64,000 bases of DNA from the human T2T-CHM13v2.0 reference genome, Homo sapiens: assembly GCF_009914755.1 (NCBI RefSeq), contig NC_060927.1. The stretch is one strand, 5' to 3'. Each line of letters starts with the position of its first letter. Positions within the stretch are counted from its first letter, which is position 1. Made by a program: the position numbers and the translations under genes. Below are positions 1-15,835 of the stretch, piece after piece. The notes beneath the pieces were generated by a model. The model was not told the origin of the DNA and did no database searches. It was given only the letters and a program-made list of their open reading frames with translations.

Positions 1-175
1 TAATAAATAATTATTAACAGTAGCAATTGTCATTTAATAATTACTACTAGTCAGGCATTCTGCAAAGTGCTTTCATGTGTCAGAAAAATTATCAAAAGCT
101 TGGAAAAAGAGGCAAAAAAATTGGTAGTACGTTCAATGCTGTATAGAGACAAAGGTTGTTCAAGATTATCCAGGG

Positions 176-381
176 CAATGGTTTTCAACATGGAACAACT
201 TTGCACCCCCAGGGACACCTGGCAATGTCTGCTGCCCAATCGAGGAAAAGAGTCTACGGGCATCTAGTGGGTAGAAGCCAGGGATGCTACTAAACATTTT
301 ATAACAACACACTGGACAGCTTTCCACAACAAAGAATGATCTAGCCCAAAAATCAAGGATGCCTAAATTGAGAAATTCTAA
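176..381. mobile_element. MER20 (hAT-Charlie)
   Basis: CCCCCAGGGACACCTGGCAATGTCTG...GGCATCTAGTGGGTAGAAGCCAGGGATGCT. Confidence 0.75.
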
Positions 382-421
382 TTTAGGGGAATGCACACTT
401 TAACACACTATTTACTAGAAG

Positions 422-662
422 TCCCATCCCAGCACTTTAGGAGGTCAAAGTGGGAGGATTACTTGAGGCCAGAAGTTCGAGACCAGCCTAGTCAACACAG
501 CAAGAGTCCATCTCTAAAAAAAATATAAATAAATACTTGGGAGGCTGAGGTGGAAAGATCACTTGAGCCCTTGAGCCACTGCTTGAGCTATGATTGAGCC
601 ACTGCACTCCAGCCTGGGTGACAGAGTGACAGCCTGTCTCTTAAAAAAAAAAAAAAAAAAAA
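422..662 (+). mobile_element. Degenerate AluJ-like element
   Basis: CCCAGCACTTT...CACTGCACTCCAGCCTGGGTGACAGAG followed by poly(A). Confidence 0.9.
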
Positions 663-2609
663 GTCCTAGACAGTGAAGTTATATATGTTAACCTGTAGCT
701 TTTTATTCAATAGAGAAGCAAATAATTTTTGCCCAGATAACCACAAAGATTAAATTCCTGGCCTCGTTGGATATTAATCAGTTTCTTATCTAACTCAGCA
801 ATCTTCTATTAACATTGCCTATAAATACTTAGATAACAAATGCACTCTGGTCAAGTTTAACATCTTACTATTTCTCTCATTAACAAGTGAGTGGAATACA
901 ATCTGTGACACATGTTCATTCTACATTTGCCTAAGAACTTTGCTTTTTTGAAAATCATACCTTAACAAGCGTAATCGCCTTACTTAATCCAAATATGATT
1001 ATTTGGATATACTTTAACACATGTAATTACCTTACTTAATCCAAATATGATCTACCTCTTACGAGGTAAAAAGTATTATAACGTCCATTTGATAAATGAG
1101 AGAAACTCAAGGCTTGGAGGAGTCACATAATTTATCCATGGTGTCACAGCTAGCAGAAATGGGAATCATGTCTGACTACAAAGCTCATTTTCAACAATTA
1201 ATAAATGCAAGCCAAGGTTAGATATTTGGCGAGTCAAGTCCAAAGTCCTTACTATTCTTTCTACCTGCTAGAATGACAATTTAAGGCTATCAGGCAAGCT
1301 TTAAAACAGTTTTCAATTACTAATCTGTTTAAATTGGATTTTTCTCAATACTGTATAACAAAATAGAGGGAAAAAAAGATGCTGAGATTAATGTTATCAA
1401 AATGTTTGCACTACTCAAAACTGCCTGTTTAGATTTATATAATAAACAAATGTAAATATGAATTTATTAAGTAAATATATGGTAATAAATACTACCTATA
1501 TTACATATTACAGTTCCATGTTTAAAATTTCACTGTCAACTGAAATCTTATAAAAGGGTTAAAATACAAGAGCAACACCCAACCAAACTCCTTCACCTGT
1601 CACATTAACTGGAGATCAAACAATATAGTAAAAACATCCAACTATTTAGTCATGAAATTTTTTCATTATATATTAACTCATTATCAAACAAATGCTGAGT
1701 TATTGTTATTATCATAAAACAAGGGTAAGCTAACAAATTTTTTAAGTCCAAAAGAAGCTAAACTTGTAGACCAGCAGTGTTTAAATAAGCAGTGTTGTGC
1801 TTTTCTTTTTTAATTCCTAGATGATTTTGACATGTCACTGTCCCCAATCCCACTGATTTTCAAAACATCATGGTAAATCTATTGATAAATATTTGAGTTT
1901 CATACCAAAGATAGTAATAGCATCTTTATGTAAACAATTGTAATTCCTACAGAGCAGAGGACTTAGGTAAGATCACAAAGTGATGTTACATCTCAAGACC
2001 AGAAGTATACATCTTAAAGAATATTTGAATTTAATTTTCACACTTGCCAAAAAACAAGAATAAAATGATAGTAGTATCTGCTAAGAAATGACATTGCTTT
2101 CCATGATTCTTCCAACTGCTTTACATATAGTATGTTATTTAATCATCTTAATGCTAAGTAAGTTATAGCATATAACTAGTTGCTATAACACCTAAGTTTC
2201 CATGGTGACAGCTTCAACATGAAGAATTAATGAACATTCACTGATAATTTCAACATTAGAAACTATCTCCAACAGAAGCGCCTAACAGTTCTTAACAGTG
2301 AAGAAATGCAGCTAGATCACACTGCTGTAAGAGAACCATATGGGATTTAAATGATTAATGGAGTTAGAGAAACACTATTTTTCTTAAATTACATGAAGAA
2401 TTAATGCTGTGGTTTTGCTTATTTGCTGTCTTTTTGAAACGGCAGGAATTAAGCAGTGACATTAGATACCTATGAATTTGCCATCAATTTGTCTGGCAAA
2501 GAATAGCCCACAATAATGTGGACATTTCTGTTATAAGTAGGCTTACAAAGTTGATTTAGCAAAAATACCATACAACTGATTACATTTTGTTGTAAGAATA
2601 CTAACATAC

Positions 2610-2940
2610 AGCCAGGTGTGGTCTTACACCTATAATCCCAACACTTTGGGAGGCCGAGCGGGCGGGTCGCTTAAGCTCAGGAATTCAAGACCAGCTTGGG
2701 CAACAGAGCGAAACCCTGTCTCTACAAAAAATACAAAAATTAGCCAGGCATGGTGGCAGGCGCCTGTAGTCCCAGCTACTCGGGAGGCTGAGGTGGGAGT
2801 TGGCTTGAGTCTGGGAGGTGAAGGTTGCAGTGAGTCAAGATTGCACCACTGTATTCCAGCCTGGGGAAGAGAACCAGACCCTGTTAAAAAAAAAAAAAAA
2901 CAACAAAAAACAAAACAACAAAAACCAAAAAACAAAAACC
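2610..2940 (+). mobile_element. Alu (J-like) with A/C-patterned tail
   Basis: Full dimer consensus. Confidence 0.92.
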
Positions 2941-3432
2941 ACTAAAATGCTACTCTGCCAAATAAAATGTTGAATGAAAATTAAAATTAATGTCAAATCA
3001 AATGCAGTAACATTCACTCTTGATCAAACTGCACTACCTTGACTGATTTCAATTAACCACAGAATTTCAGCTGCTTTCACAGTTGAAGACAGCCAATTAG
3101 AAGAAATGAACAAATTAAACTGTGACTACATACAATTTCAATCTGTGACTACATACAATTTCAATAATGGGGCAAACCTGTAAGATACAAATCATACCAT
3201 GAAACCGCAATGTACATGGTCACAATGGAGAGCATAAGAATCAGAGGAACACCAACAAATTCATGCAAATAATTTGCTTTGTGTATTACTATTTATAAAT
3301 CTGTTCTAAAAGGAAACCTGGTATAATCTCAATCACCTAAATTTGAGCACAAAAAACAGCTATTTGGATTGCCACTCTACTCTGAGTGGCACTGTTCTGT
3401 CATAGTAATGGGTGATAAAAATGTGAAAGAAG

Positions 3433-3592
3433 ACCAGGCATGGTGGCTCACTCCTGTAATCCCAGCACTTTGGGAGGCTGAGGGGGGAAGACAACTGAGC
3501 ACAGGAGTTCTGGCTGCAGTGAGCTATGATCACGCCACTGTACTCCAGCATGGATGACAGAGACCTTGTCTCTTAAAAAAAAAAAAAAAAAA
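3433..3592 (+). mobile_element. Alu monomer (FLAM-like)
   Basis: Single arm followed by poly(A). Confidence 0.8.
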
Positions 3593-4021
3593 GGTGCAAG
3601 AAGAGCCATGCTAATGATACTGCTCATGGTAACAAAAAGAAAACTATTATTTTAGAAAAAGCTGGAACTGGGCTCAGTATTAGGTTTATAGCTCTATGCT
3701 TAAATATTTAAAACCATTTAAAAAATAAATTCATGGAGGAAACAAAACTTTGTTATCATGGGTCTGAAACTCTGACCTCTAACCTACTAGATCCAAATCT
3801 TGAACATTCATCAGAAGCAAATGAACTTGTTAGAAATGCATCCTGCAGGCACTTCATGAATATTTGTTCAACAAATGGTATTAAATTATCTGCCGTGGTT
3901 CTCATTTAAGGCTACATGATATGCAACGCACAGTTGATCCTAAAATTACCATCTATCTGGCAGAAAAAAAAAAAAAACTATGAAAAGCTTCCTTGTGCCA
4001 AATTTGAGAACTACTAAGTAT

Positions 4022-5033
<1,012 letters not shown>

Positions 5034-6194
5034 TAAAGGTTTTATGTAAGCTTCTACAAGCCATGACTCCTATCTCATACAGTTTGCTTCAGGCTTCTCC
5101 ATGTTCAAGGAAACTAAAGAAATCCATCCATTATACACTGGAAGCGGAGCTCTGATAAACAATATCCATGGTAAACACATTTGCTTCTAGCATAAAACTT
5201 CTTTGAAACAGCATCTTAGGTGGAAGTCCCCAAAAAACGAAACAGATGAACACAAAGAGGCTGTGGCTGAGCGCCAATGAGTCTCATCTTATGTCCTACT
5301 AAGCCAATCAACACACAGTCTTTAAGGAAACCTAGAATACCAGAGATAAGGTTTTGAACAGTGGTTCCCAAATGGTGAGATATCCAAAGAAGATTCCCAG
5401 GTATTTAGTCTAATTTAAGCCTAACGATCTTTATTTTTAACGAGCTCCCTGTCCAGTTCTAATACACAGACAGGCTTACAACCCCAGATGATCCAATTAA
5501 GAAAAGCAAAGCACAGTTCTCAAACCAAATTGAGTGTAAAATTTCAATGCAGAATGCTTTTCTCAGGGAGGAGGAAATGGATAAAACAAGGACAAAACAT
5601 TTCCAAAAAGTATAATGGATGAATTTAGGAGTAGAGTTTTAACTGACTGGAGATCTTACTTTTGAAAAGAATAAAAATGTCTAATCAATCCCACATTCTC
5701 TAAATAAATGATGATATATTCCTGTTGTGAAATCTTAAACTGCCATTATAATATGGACAGACAAGCATAGTTTTAAAGAACATGTAATAACATGAAAAAC
5801 TAACCTTGGACTAAAATTTTGCCTTTTAGCAAAACAAACAAACAAAAACACAATACAAACTGGGGGAACAAAGAAAGAGGGCTGTATGTCTGTTTATGCC
5901 CCGTAATTATGTATAAAAGGGGTTATATATATAATCACAGAAAAATGACTAGAACACAGAAAAATGTTAATAGAGGTAAGATATGGAGTCTGAGTTTACA
6001 TGAGACTTAGGTTCATTTTTGTGTATTTCTAAACTCTACAATGAACATACATTGTATCTCCCTCATCCCAAAAAGTCACGTCAAAAGTTATGTTTTTTAA
6101 GGAAACTACTGAAGTAGTAGTTTCTATTCCAGAGTAACCAGCTTAAATCTATTGTGAAATTAAACAGGATCTAAATAAACAAAATATGAAAAAA

Positions 6195-7690
<1,496 letters not shown>

Positions 7691-8239
7691 TGTGTGAATA
7701 TTAACAACTTTATTTGAACTACTGTTCAAAATGATCATTTGGCTGGCCCTACATTGCCTATGGGATAAAGTCCAAACTACTCAGCTCAGTGTTTATGGGA
7801 CTCAACGCCCAATCACATTACCTCTCTCCACTAGCACTAGACCTAGTTTCAAAGGTGGGTTGTCCCTAAAGGGGGACAGGGGAAAGCTACAGCTGCAGAA
7901 CCAAAGTCAAGAAAAGTCGATTTTCACAGTTTTACCAAGTAACGGAGGTGGTAAACAATCTATAATCAGATGGGGGAAGAAATCTTACCAGGAAGCAGAT
8001 CAACAAATGCTAAGTATACTTTAGCTGTTAACATTTGCTGTTTTATTCAAGAATATTCATCTTTCAAAATAAATATATTATTTTATTCAAACATCATTTG
8101 CTGTCCATAATGAATTCTGTTACTACCAAACTATGAATTAGGAAAGGTTATTTAATTTACATACTGGAGAACAAACAGGCAGTCATTTAATTGACTAAAA
8201 TTTAAGAGTGCAAAAAACAAAAACAACCCACAATAACTA

Positions 8240-10904
8240 GCGTCTGGGAGCTCCTGCTCAGATCAGAATGTGGAAGGTCACACAGACAATGGCTTGTACC
8301 ATAACAACTAGAAAAAAAAGATAAACATATCTTTTAAAGACAATGAGGGCTTCCAATTGAAAGAGAGCGTAGACACTTTCCTATGCCACATGCTACATAC
8401 AACTAAAATCTTTGGCCATTATATATAAAACAAAAATAAGACTGAAAGGTGAAAAGAGGGTGGCAGACTAGCTAGGAATGTAGAACCCTAAGGAAGACAC
8501 GGCAGTCAGTCCCTGAGTTTTCTTTTTTACCTCAGACTATCCCAGGATTTCAGCTGAAGAAATGAGCAACCCAGAAACGCCAATGGTACAGACCTACCTT
8601 GTGCCAAAAAAGAGAGACACCAATAGAAGCTCTTTTAGGCTTTTGTTGCCACAGGAACAGAAAGGGGCAGCCTAGCAAGATACAACTTTTAGATGACAAC
8701 TGCTCTATTCCAGCTAAACACCACAGAAAAAAACTCTGTCACCAACCATATACACACCAGCAAAGACCAGCAGGTAGCCTAGAATTCCACTCTCATGAGG
8801 CTGTAACAAGGTGTCCCAACCATCTTCCCCAACTGGAGCTGGGTCAGAGAAGGCCAATTAAGGAGCTGGGACATTTGTTCCCATCCAGCAATAAAGAGAC
8901 AGCCCTCTCCACTGGCCGGGGGTAGAGGGAATGTTAGAAGAGGTATAGTCAGGAGACGGGATTTTCCCCACTATCCAGCAGTAACAAGGTGCACAACCCT
9001 ACTTCTACATACTGTCACATGAGGAGCAGTAATGAGGCATTCCAACTTCTAGCCAGTATTAATGGAGAACTAACGGGGAGCTGGAACTCCCACTGGCACC
9101 CAGCAGTTCTCAACTGATTTTATGAAGTTTTAGTACTGTCTTGATTCCAAAAGCAGACACGTGGGAAGCCTAGACTTGCATCCAAATCCACTGGTAACAA
9201 AAGCTTCTACCCCATGCAGTGTTAGTGAAGACCACATGGGGAACTATAACTAACACCCTATCCCAACAGGAGTGAGGAGTATTCTCTCTTAGGTGTGGAA
9301 GGAAGCAGTGTGAGAAACCTGACTTTTACCTCCACTAAGCAGTAAGGAAGCAGTGCCCCACCTTTCACTGTCAGAGCAGCGTCAGAGAAAATGAGCCAAA
9401 ACACAGGGTTTAAATAAGATCTAGCGTCTCACAATACAAAAAATGTCGAAGTTTCCCTTGAAAATCACTGAGAACCAGGAATATCTCAAACTGAATATAA
9501 AAAGACAATCAGGAGATGCCAACATCAAGACACCACAGATGTTAGACTTACCTAACAGAGTTTAAAGTAGGCGTCATATAAAAAATTAATGAACAATTAC
9601 AAATATACATGAAACAAATGAAATAATAAAAACTCACAGCAAAGAAATAGAAAGTCTAAGCAAAGAAATACAAGACACAAAGAACTATATGGAAATGACA
9701 GAACTGAAAATACAATAACACTAAAGACTCAATGTGAACAACAGAGGAAAAAGATTTAAGTGAAAAGTGAATACAGCCTAAGGGATCTGTGAGACACCAT
9801 ACAGAATGTCAATCCATTTGAAAAGATAGATATAGCACATGAACTATCATCTCCAGCTACAACTGGATGAAGTCAGAAATCAGTAATAGAAGGAAAACTG
9901 GAAAATTCACCAATTTGTGGAAATTAAACACACTCTTACACAAGCAATGAATCAAAGAAGAAATCAAAAAGGAAATTAGAAGATATTTACATATGAATGA
10001 ACACAAAAACACAACATAACAAAATTTATGGTATAAAGTGAAAGCAGTGCTAAGGAGTAAATGTATAGCTCTAAATGCTTACATTACAAAACAAGAAAGA
10101 TCTCAAATCAAGAACCTAGTCTAAAACTTAAGGAACTAGTAAAACAAGAACAAACGAAACACAAGGTTAGCAGGAGGAAAAAAATAATAAAGATGAGGGC
10201 AGAGATACACAAAATAGAGAACAGAGAAACAGAAGAAAAAACTTAATGAAACCAAAAGTTGTTTCTTTAAATAAACAAAAACACAAACCTTTAACTATAT
10301 GGAATTAAGAGAGAAAGAAGACTCAAATTACTAAAATCAGAAATGAAAGTGAGAACATTTCAATCAATTCTAGAGAAATAAATAGGATAACAGAGTCCTA
10401 TATAGAGCAAGTAAATGCCAACAAACTAGATAACCTAAATGAAATGGAAAACTCCTAGAAACACAAAACCTATCAAGACTAAACCATGAAGAAAGAGAAA
10501 ATCTAAATAGATCTATAATTAGCAGAGACACTGAATAAGTAATCAAAAATCTTTCAACAAAGAAAAGTCCTGGACCTGAAGGCTTCACTGGTGAATTCTG
10601 CCAACCATTTAAAGAAAAATTAATGCCAATCCTTCTCAAACTTTTCCAAAAAATTAAGGAGGAGGGACTACTCACTCCTAAACTCATTTCATTAAGCCAG
10701 CACTACCAAATACCAAGGCCAAAGATAGTACTAGAAAAGAAAACTACAGACCAATATCCTTCATGAACAGTGATACAAAAATCCTCAATAAAATACTAGC
10801 AAATCAGATTTGACAGCATATTAAAAGGATTACACACCATGACCCAGTGGGATTGGGATTTATTCCTGGAATATAGAATAAATCAACATACAAAAATTAA
10901 TCAA
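8240..10904 (+). mobile_element. Older L1M fragments (5' region to about 9800, then ORF2 EN-RT linker)
   Basis: ORF2-like sequence such as AAAAGTCCTGGACCTGAAGGCTTCACTGGTGAATTCT and AACTACAGACCAATATCC. It stops abruptly at the start of the next L1. Confidence 0.7.
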
Positions 10905-13900
10905 GAGGATTTCCAGTTCCAAAATGTCAGCACAGAAGCAAGCTGGCTTCACTCCTCTCACAGAAAACCAAAAACAAATATACAGAGCCGATGTTATTAC
11001 CAGGAATATCCCAGAACTCATATGAAGATGCGACAGTTCAGGGGCCACAGAAAAGTTAAAAAAAAAAAAAAAAAAAGAATTCTAGCAGATGGTGAAAGAA
11101 TTGGACTTCCACATCCATGATGTCCCTCCCCTCATTCTGGCCAGCACCTAATGGGCAAAAAATTTTCCCACAACTCACTGTTTCTACACTGGAAAAAGTG
11201 AGACTGAGATATAACTCATGCTTCCCCATCATCTAATGTTCTCTGGCAGGAGACTGTCCCTTATCTTAGCCCACAGGATGCATCTCAAATGCCAGAAGGG
11301 AAAAATATCCCTGCGGATAGGCAGAAACAAAAAAGGGAGGCAAGACTACCATCTCCAGCTCTGGAAATTCTACTGTAACTCAGCCAAGCAAGACACTGAA
11401 TCAGAGTAGATGTTCATTAGATGTTCATCAACACCATCTGTAGAAGGTTTATTGTACAGGTCCCCTGGGCAGGAACTCCTAGCCAGCATTCCCACACTAC
11501 TGGGACATCCCCTTTGGAATCTCCCTCATTCGGGAAGAACAGTGCTCTGGTTCTTTACTAGAACCTAGGTGAACCTGGGCTTAAGGTAACTAGAGAGAGC
11601 TAAAAAGGAGGCAGCAACCTAACAGTAAAGAACTTCTAAGCAAATACATCCAGTAAAAACCAAAACAAGCCAGACAGAGAAGGCTGAATAAAACAGCCAC
11701 AACAAACAACAGAAAACAGGTACCCATGATCTCCCCAAATGGACAAAGCAAGGAACCAATAACTGACACTAATGAGATAGTGATCTATGAGCTCTCTGAC
11801 CAATATTCAAAGTAGTATTTTTAAGAAAACTCAGTGATCTCCAAGATAACACAGAAATGCAATTCAGAAATTTATCAGGAAATTTTAAAAAGAGATTAAA
11901 GTAATTTTTTAAAATTATCCAAGTCATAACACCAAAAGAAAAGAAAAGAAAAAAATCAAACAGAAATCTTGGAACTGAGAAATACACTTGCTGAACTGAA
12001 AGATTCATTAGAGGCTCTTGACATAAGAGAGGATCAAGCAGAGTAAACAATCATTAGGCTCAGAGACAGGCTATGAAAACACACATAGGAGAAAAAAGAA
12101 TGAAAAGCAACAAAGATTGCCTATAAGATATAGAAAATTACCTCAAAAAAACAAATGTAAGAATTATTAGTGTTCAAAGAAAGTTGAGCAAAAGCATGAG
12201 GTAGAAAGCTTATTCAAAGAAATAATAGAAAACTTTCCACAACTTGAGAAAAATGTAAATATCCTAGTACAGGAAGGTCAGAAAACACATTTGACCCAAA
12301 TAAGATTACCCAAAGGCATATAATAATCAAATTTGAAAAGTCAAAGACAAAGAGAGGATCCTAAAAGCAGCAATAGAAAAGAAACAAATAACATATAAAG
12401 AAGCTCTACCTTGTATGACAACAGACTTCTCAACGGAAACCATACAGGCCAGGAAGGGACGGGAACATTTTTAATGTGCTCAAAGAAAAAAACCAAAACT
12501 ACCATCCAGGAATATCCTTGTCCAGCAAAATTACCCTTCACATATGAAGGGGAGATAAAGACTCCCACACAAACAAAAGCTAAGAGAATTCACCACCACA
12601 AGACTCATATTACAAAAAAAATGCTAAAAGGAATTACTCAATCTGGAAGAAAAAAACACTACCATGAAAAATAAAACAAACTAAAAAAACATTTGAAGGT
12701 GTAAAACCCACTGGTAAAATTATGTATACACAAAAAACCCAAAATACTTTACTATTGTAATTGTGGTATGCAATCCACTCACGACTCTAGTATTATATAA
12801 AGCCCAAAAGATAAATCTATCAAAAACAGTAACAGTTACAACAACCTGTTAAGTGGCAGATAATATAAAAATAGATAAACTGAGACAATTAAAAGCCTCT
12901 AATGAATTCTTAGAGGGAGGGATGAAGTTAAATTGTGGAAGTTCTTTCAAATTTTCCTTTGTTTCTATTCTTTTGTGATCTAAGATAAGTTGTCAACTCT
13001 TTAAGATAATTTGTTATTTTTTTGTAAACCTCATGGTAACCACGATGCAAAAACCTATAACAAATTCACTAAAAATAAAAAGCAACACATTAAAACATAC
13101 CACCAGAGAAAATCTCTTAACCACAAGAAAGGAAGAGTTACGAAACAATCAGAAAACAAGCAACAAAATGGCAGTAGTCTTTACTTATCAATAATACTAC
13201 TGAAGGTAAATGCACTCAGTTCTCCAATTAAAAGGCAAAGAAAGAAACAAGACCCAATTCCATGCTGTCTACAAGAAACCCACTTCACCTATTAAGATAC
13301 ACATACATTAAAAGGGAGGGAAAAGATATTTCATGCAACTGGAAACCAAAAAAGCTCAGGAGCAACTATGCTTCTATCAGATAAAGTGGACTACAAATCA
13401 AAGACTGTAAAAAAAAGACAAAGAAGGTCACTATATGATGATAAAGGAGTCAGTCAATTCAGCAAGAGGATATAACAATTATAAATATTCACCCATCAGA
13501 GCTCCCAAGTATATATAAAAAAATTAATACATCCAAGGGGATAGACTGCAATACAATAATAGTAGGAGACTTTAATACCCTACTCTCAGAAATGGACAGA
13601 TAACCCAGACAGAAAATAAACAAAGAAACACTGGAGTTAAACTACAAACTAGACCTAATAGGCCTAACTGACATTTACAGAACATTCCACCCAACTGCTG
13701 GAGAATACACATTCTTTTTATCAGCACATAAAACATGCTCCAGAATGGACCATTATCATAGGCCATGAGTCTGAACAAATAAAAAAAAAAATAGAAATCA
13801 TATCAAATATCTTTTCTGACCACAAAAAGAATAAAAATACATATCAATAAAAAGAACCTCAAGAACTTCAAAAACGTATGGAAATTAGACAACATGCTCC

Positions 13901-14189
13901 TGAACAATGAAGAAATTCAGAAGGAAACTTAAAAACTTGAAACAAATGAAAATGGAAACACAACATACCAAAGCTATGGAATACAGCAAAAGCAGTATTA
14001 AGCAGGTTTATGGCAACAAACACCTGCATCAAAAAAGTAGAAATAGGCTGGGCATGATGATTCATGCCTGTAATCTCAGCACTTTGGGAGGTCACAGCAG
14101 GATTGCTTGAGACCAGGAGTTCAAGATCCTGCAGTCTGGACATGCCTGTAGTCCCAGCTGCTTGAAGAATTAGGCAAGAGGATGCCTTG

Positions 14190-14617
14190 TGTTAGAAATA
14201 AGAGCTCAGAGTTGCAAAGAAAATGAGCACTCAAACAAAAGACTTCTCAGCAAGGCAAATTTCAGAAGGGTGTTGCCTGCGTTAGTTACGATCGCAAGAG
14301 CACACCAAACAAAGGAAAGCAGGGGTTTTTATTCCCAATGCCGTTCCTGTTTCTGTGTCCTCCCCCAGTTAATTAGGGTAGGACCACACAATCTAAACTG
14401 ATTCCGACTGACTAGATTTAGCATTTAGAAAAGGAAAAAGAACCAGGAAATTCATTGTTTGAACCTAACAACTTCGAGTAAGGCGGCATGGGTCAGCTAC
14501 AAGGTTGGTGGATGGAGGCATGCCTGGGCCTGTTAAAGGCAGGAAAAACTACTTATGTAATAGAACAAAGGAAAAGGGGGGTGAAACCCTTTGAAGAGAA
14601 ACTGTTTGTTCCTAACA
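14190..14617 (-). mobile_element. 3' LTR (LTR10 family)
   Basis: TGTTAG...CTAACA termini, about 428 bp, preceded on the minus strand by the polypurine tract AAGAGGGGAAAAT (14618-14630). Confidence 0.9.
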
Positions 14618-14808
14618 ATTTTCCCCTCTTGAATTTACACACTTTCTTCTTCAAACTTACCTAACATGACCTGACTTTGCTGTTCCTCACTGTCTAGAAG
14701 TAAAAGTTTGTTAAACTAGGGTGGAAAAGAAATCAGGAAAGTTTCAGTAAGGGCTGTTGTAATATGTCTTTCAACTAATAGGGATGAAGGTACAACACTG
14801 GGTTCCTA

Positions 14809-15537
14809 TCATGACACAGACTCCACCTCTTTTTTTTTTGCTAATATCATACCTAGCGCCATCCTATTTTCCCAGACCATTTGGCTAGTAGGCCCTAATT
14901 GTTGAGCTATTCTTTTAATGGCATTCCTAGTATAACTGACAAATCGTTGTTGGTTATAGTAGATATAATTTATCCAATCTACATTTTTATTAATTGTTGA
15001 CCACCAGAATAACATGGACTCAGACCCTGCAGTTATCTGATTTCGGGCTTTAAATTCATTTCGTACCCCTCGTGGGACTCCAACGGCGTCTATATAAACA
15101 TGAGAGTCAAAGGACCCACGAGGGACATCTCTTGTTTTACGATGTTTTATCTTTTCTGGTTGATGAAATGCCAGAGTGAAAGGGATATCCAATTGGATCA
15201 GAGTGCAAGTGCCGCTCCAGTTACTTGGCAGAGTATCCAGTAATAGTCCACCACAATACCATCCTACATTTGCTTGGGGATGAATAAGGGGAGACTGATT
15301 AGTAAGCTCCTGGAAGGGCTTAAGCTCACTGCATCCCTTTAGGTCTCCAAGAAATGCCAAGTTTTCCCCGTGTTGTGAGAGACATGAGGTAAAACTGGCA
15401 TGGGGAAATGGAAGCTTGATGGCCCTTGGGGGCTGACCCGCAGGGTGCTGGACTTGAGGGAATAGCAGAGAGGGAGCTTGGCATAACTTATTACCCCAGG
15501 ATGTGAGGTGTTGGAAGGGAACTACCATACAGTTCAT
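14809..15537 (-). pseudogene. ERV env remnant (SU C-terminus and TM ectodomain)
   Basis: 242-aa ORF with LPSNWSGTCTLIQL, furin-like RKTR, NKNVDWINYIYYNQQRF and ISU-like ENRMALGMILA, then frameshift at an A-run. Confidence 0.85.
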
Positions 15538-15835
15538 GCCTGGTAGACTGGAGGACCATTCGAGTGGAAAGGGGACAATCTGGGCCTTTGGCCTGCTGTG
15601 CGCACAAGCATAGCAATCATTTTTGTTTAGAGTGCAGACAGAATATTTAATCCATTTCAGCCAGGCATTTGCATCTCGGTACCCTGTTTCAATGATTAGG
15701 TTTGTTTTAGATCTTTTACCTCTACGACGGCCACTTTGGTTTTGTTACTGGGTGAGGAAAGGATAATTGTCTGACAGTAGAGAGGGGAAAGAAAAAAAGG
15801 CACTATAAGAGGGTTAAGCTTTTTTTTTTTTATCT

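Noticed and set aside
10061-14143. Lys-rich and Phe/Leu-rich ORFs of 60-105 aa
   Set aside because: They are sense and antisense readings of decayed L1 ORF1/ORF2 with many stops and frameshifts. No intact L1 is present.
14328-14333. Sense-strand AATAAA in the 3' LTR as a premature poly(A) site for DLG1
   Set aside because: Its position (about 140 nt from the LTR end) and AATAAAAACCCC context fit a TATA-like element at least as well. This cannot be resolved without 3'-end data.
14809-15537. Domesticated syncytin-like env gene
   Set aside because: No signal peptide, most of SU is missing, and a frameshift occurs before the CX6CC motif and membrane anchor.
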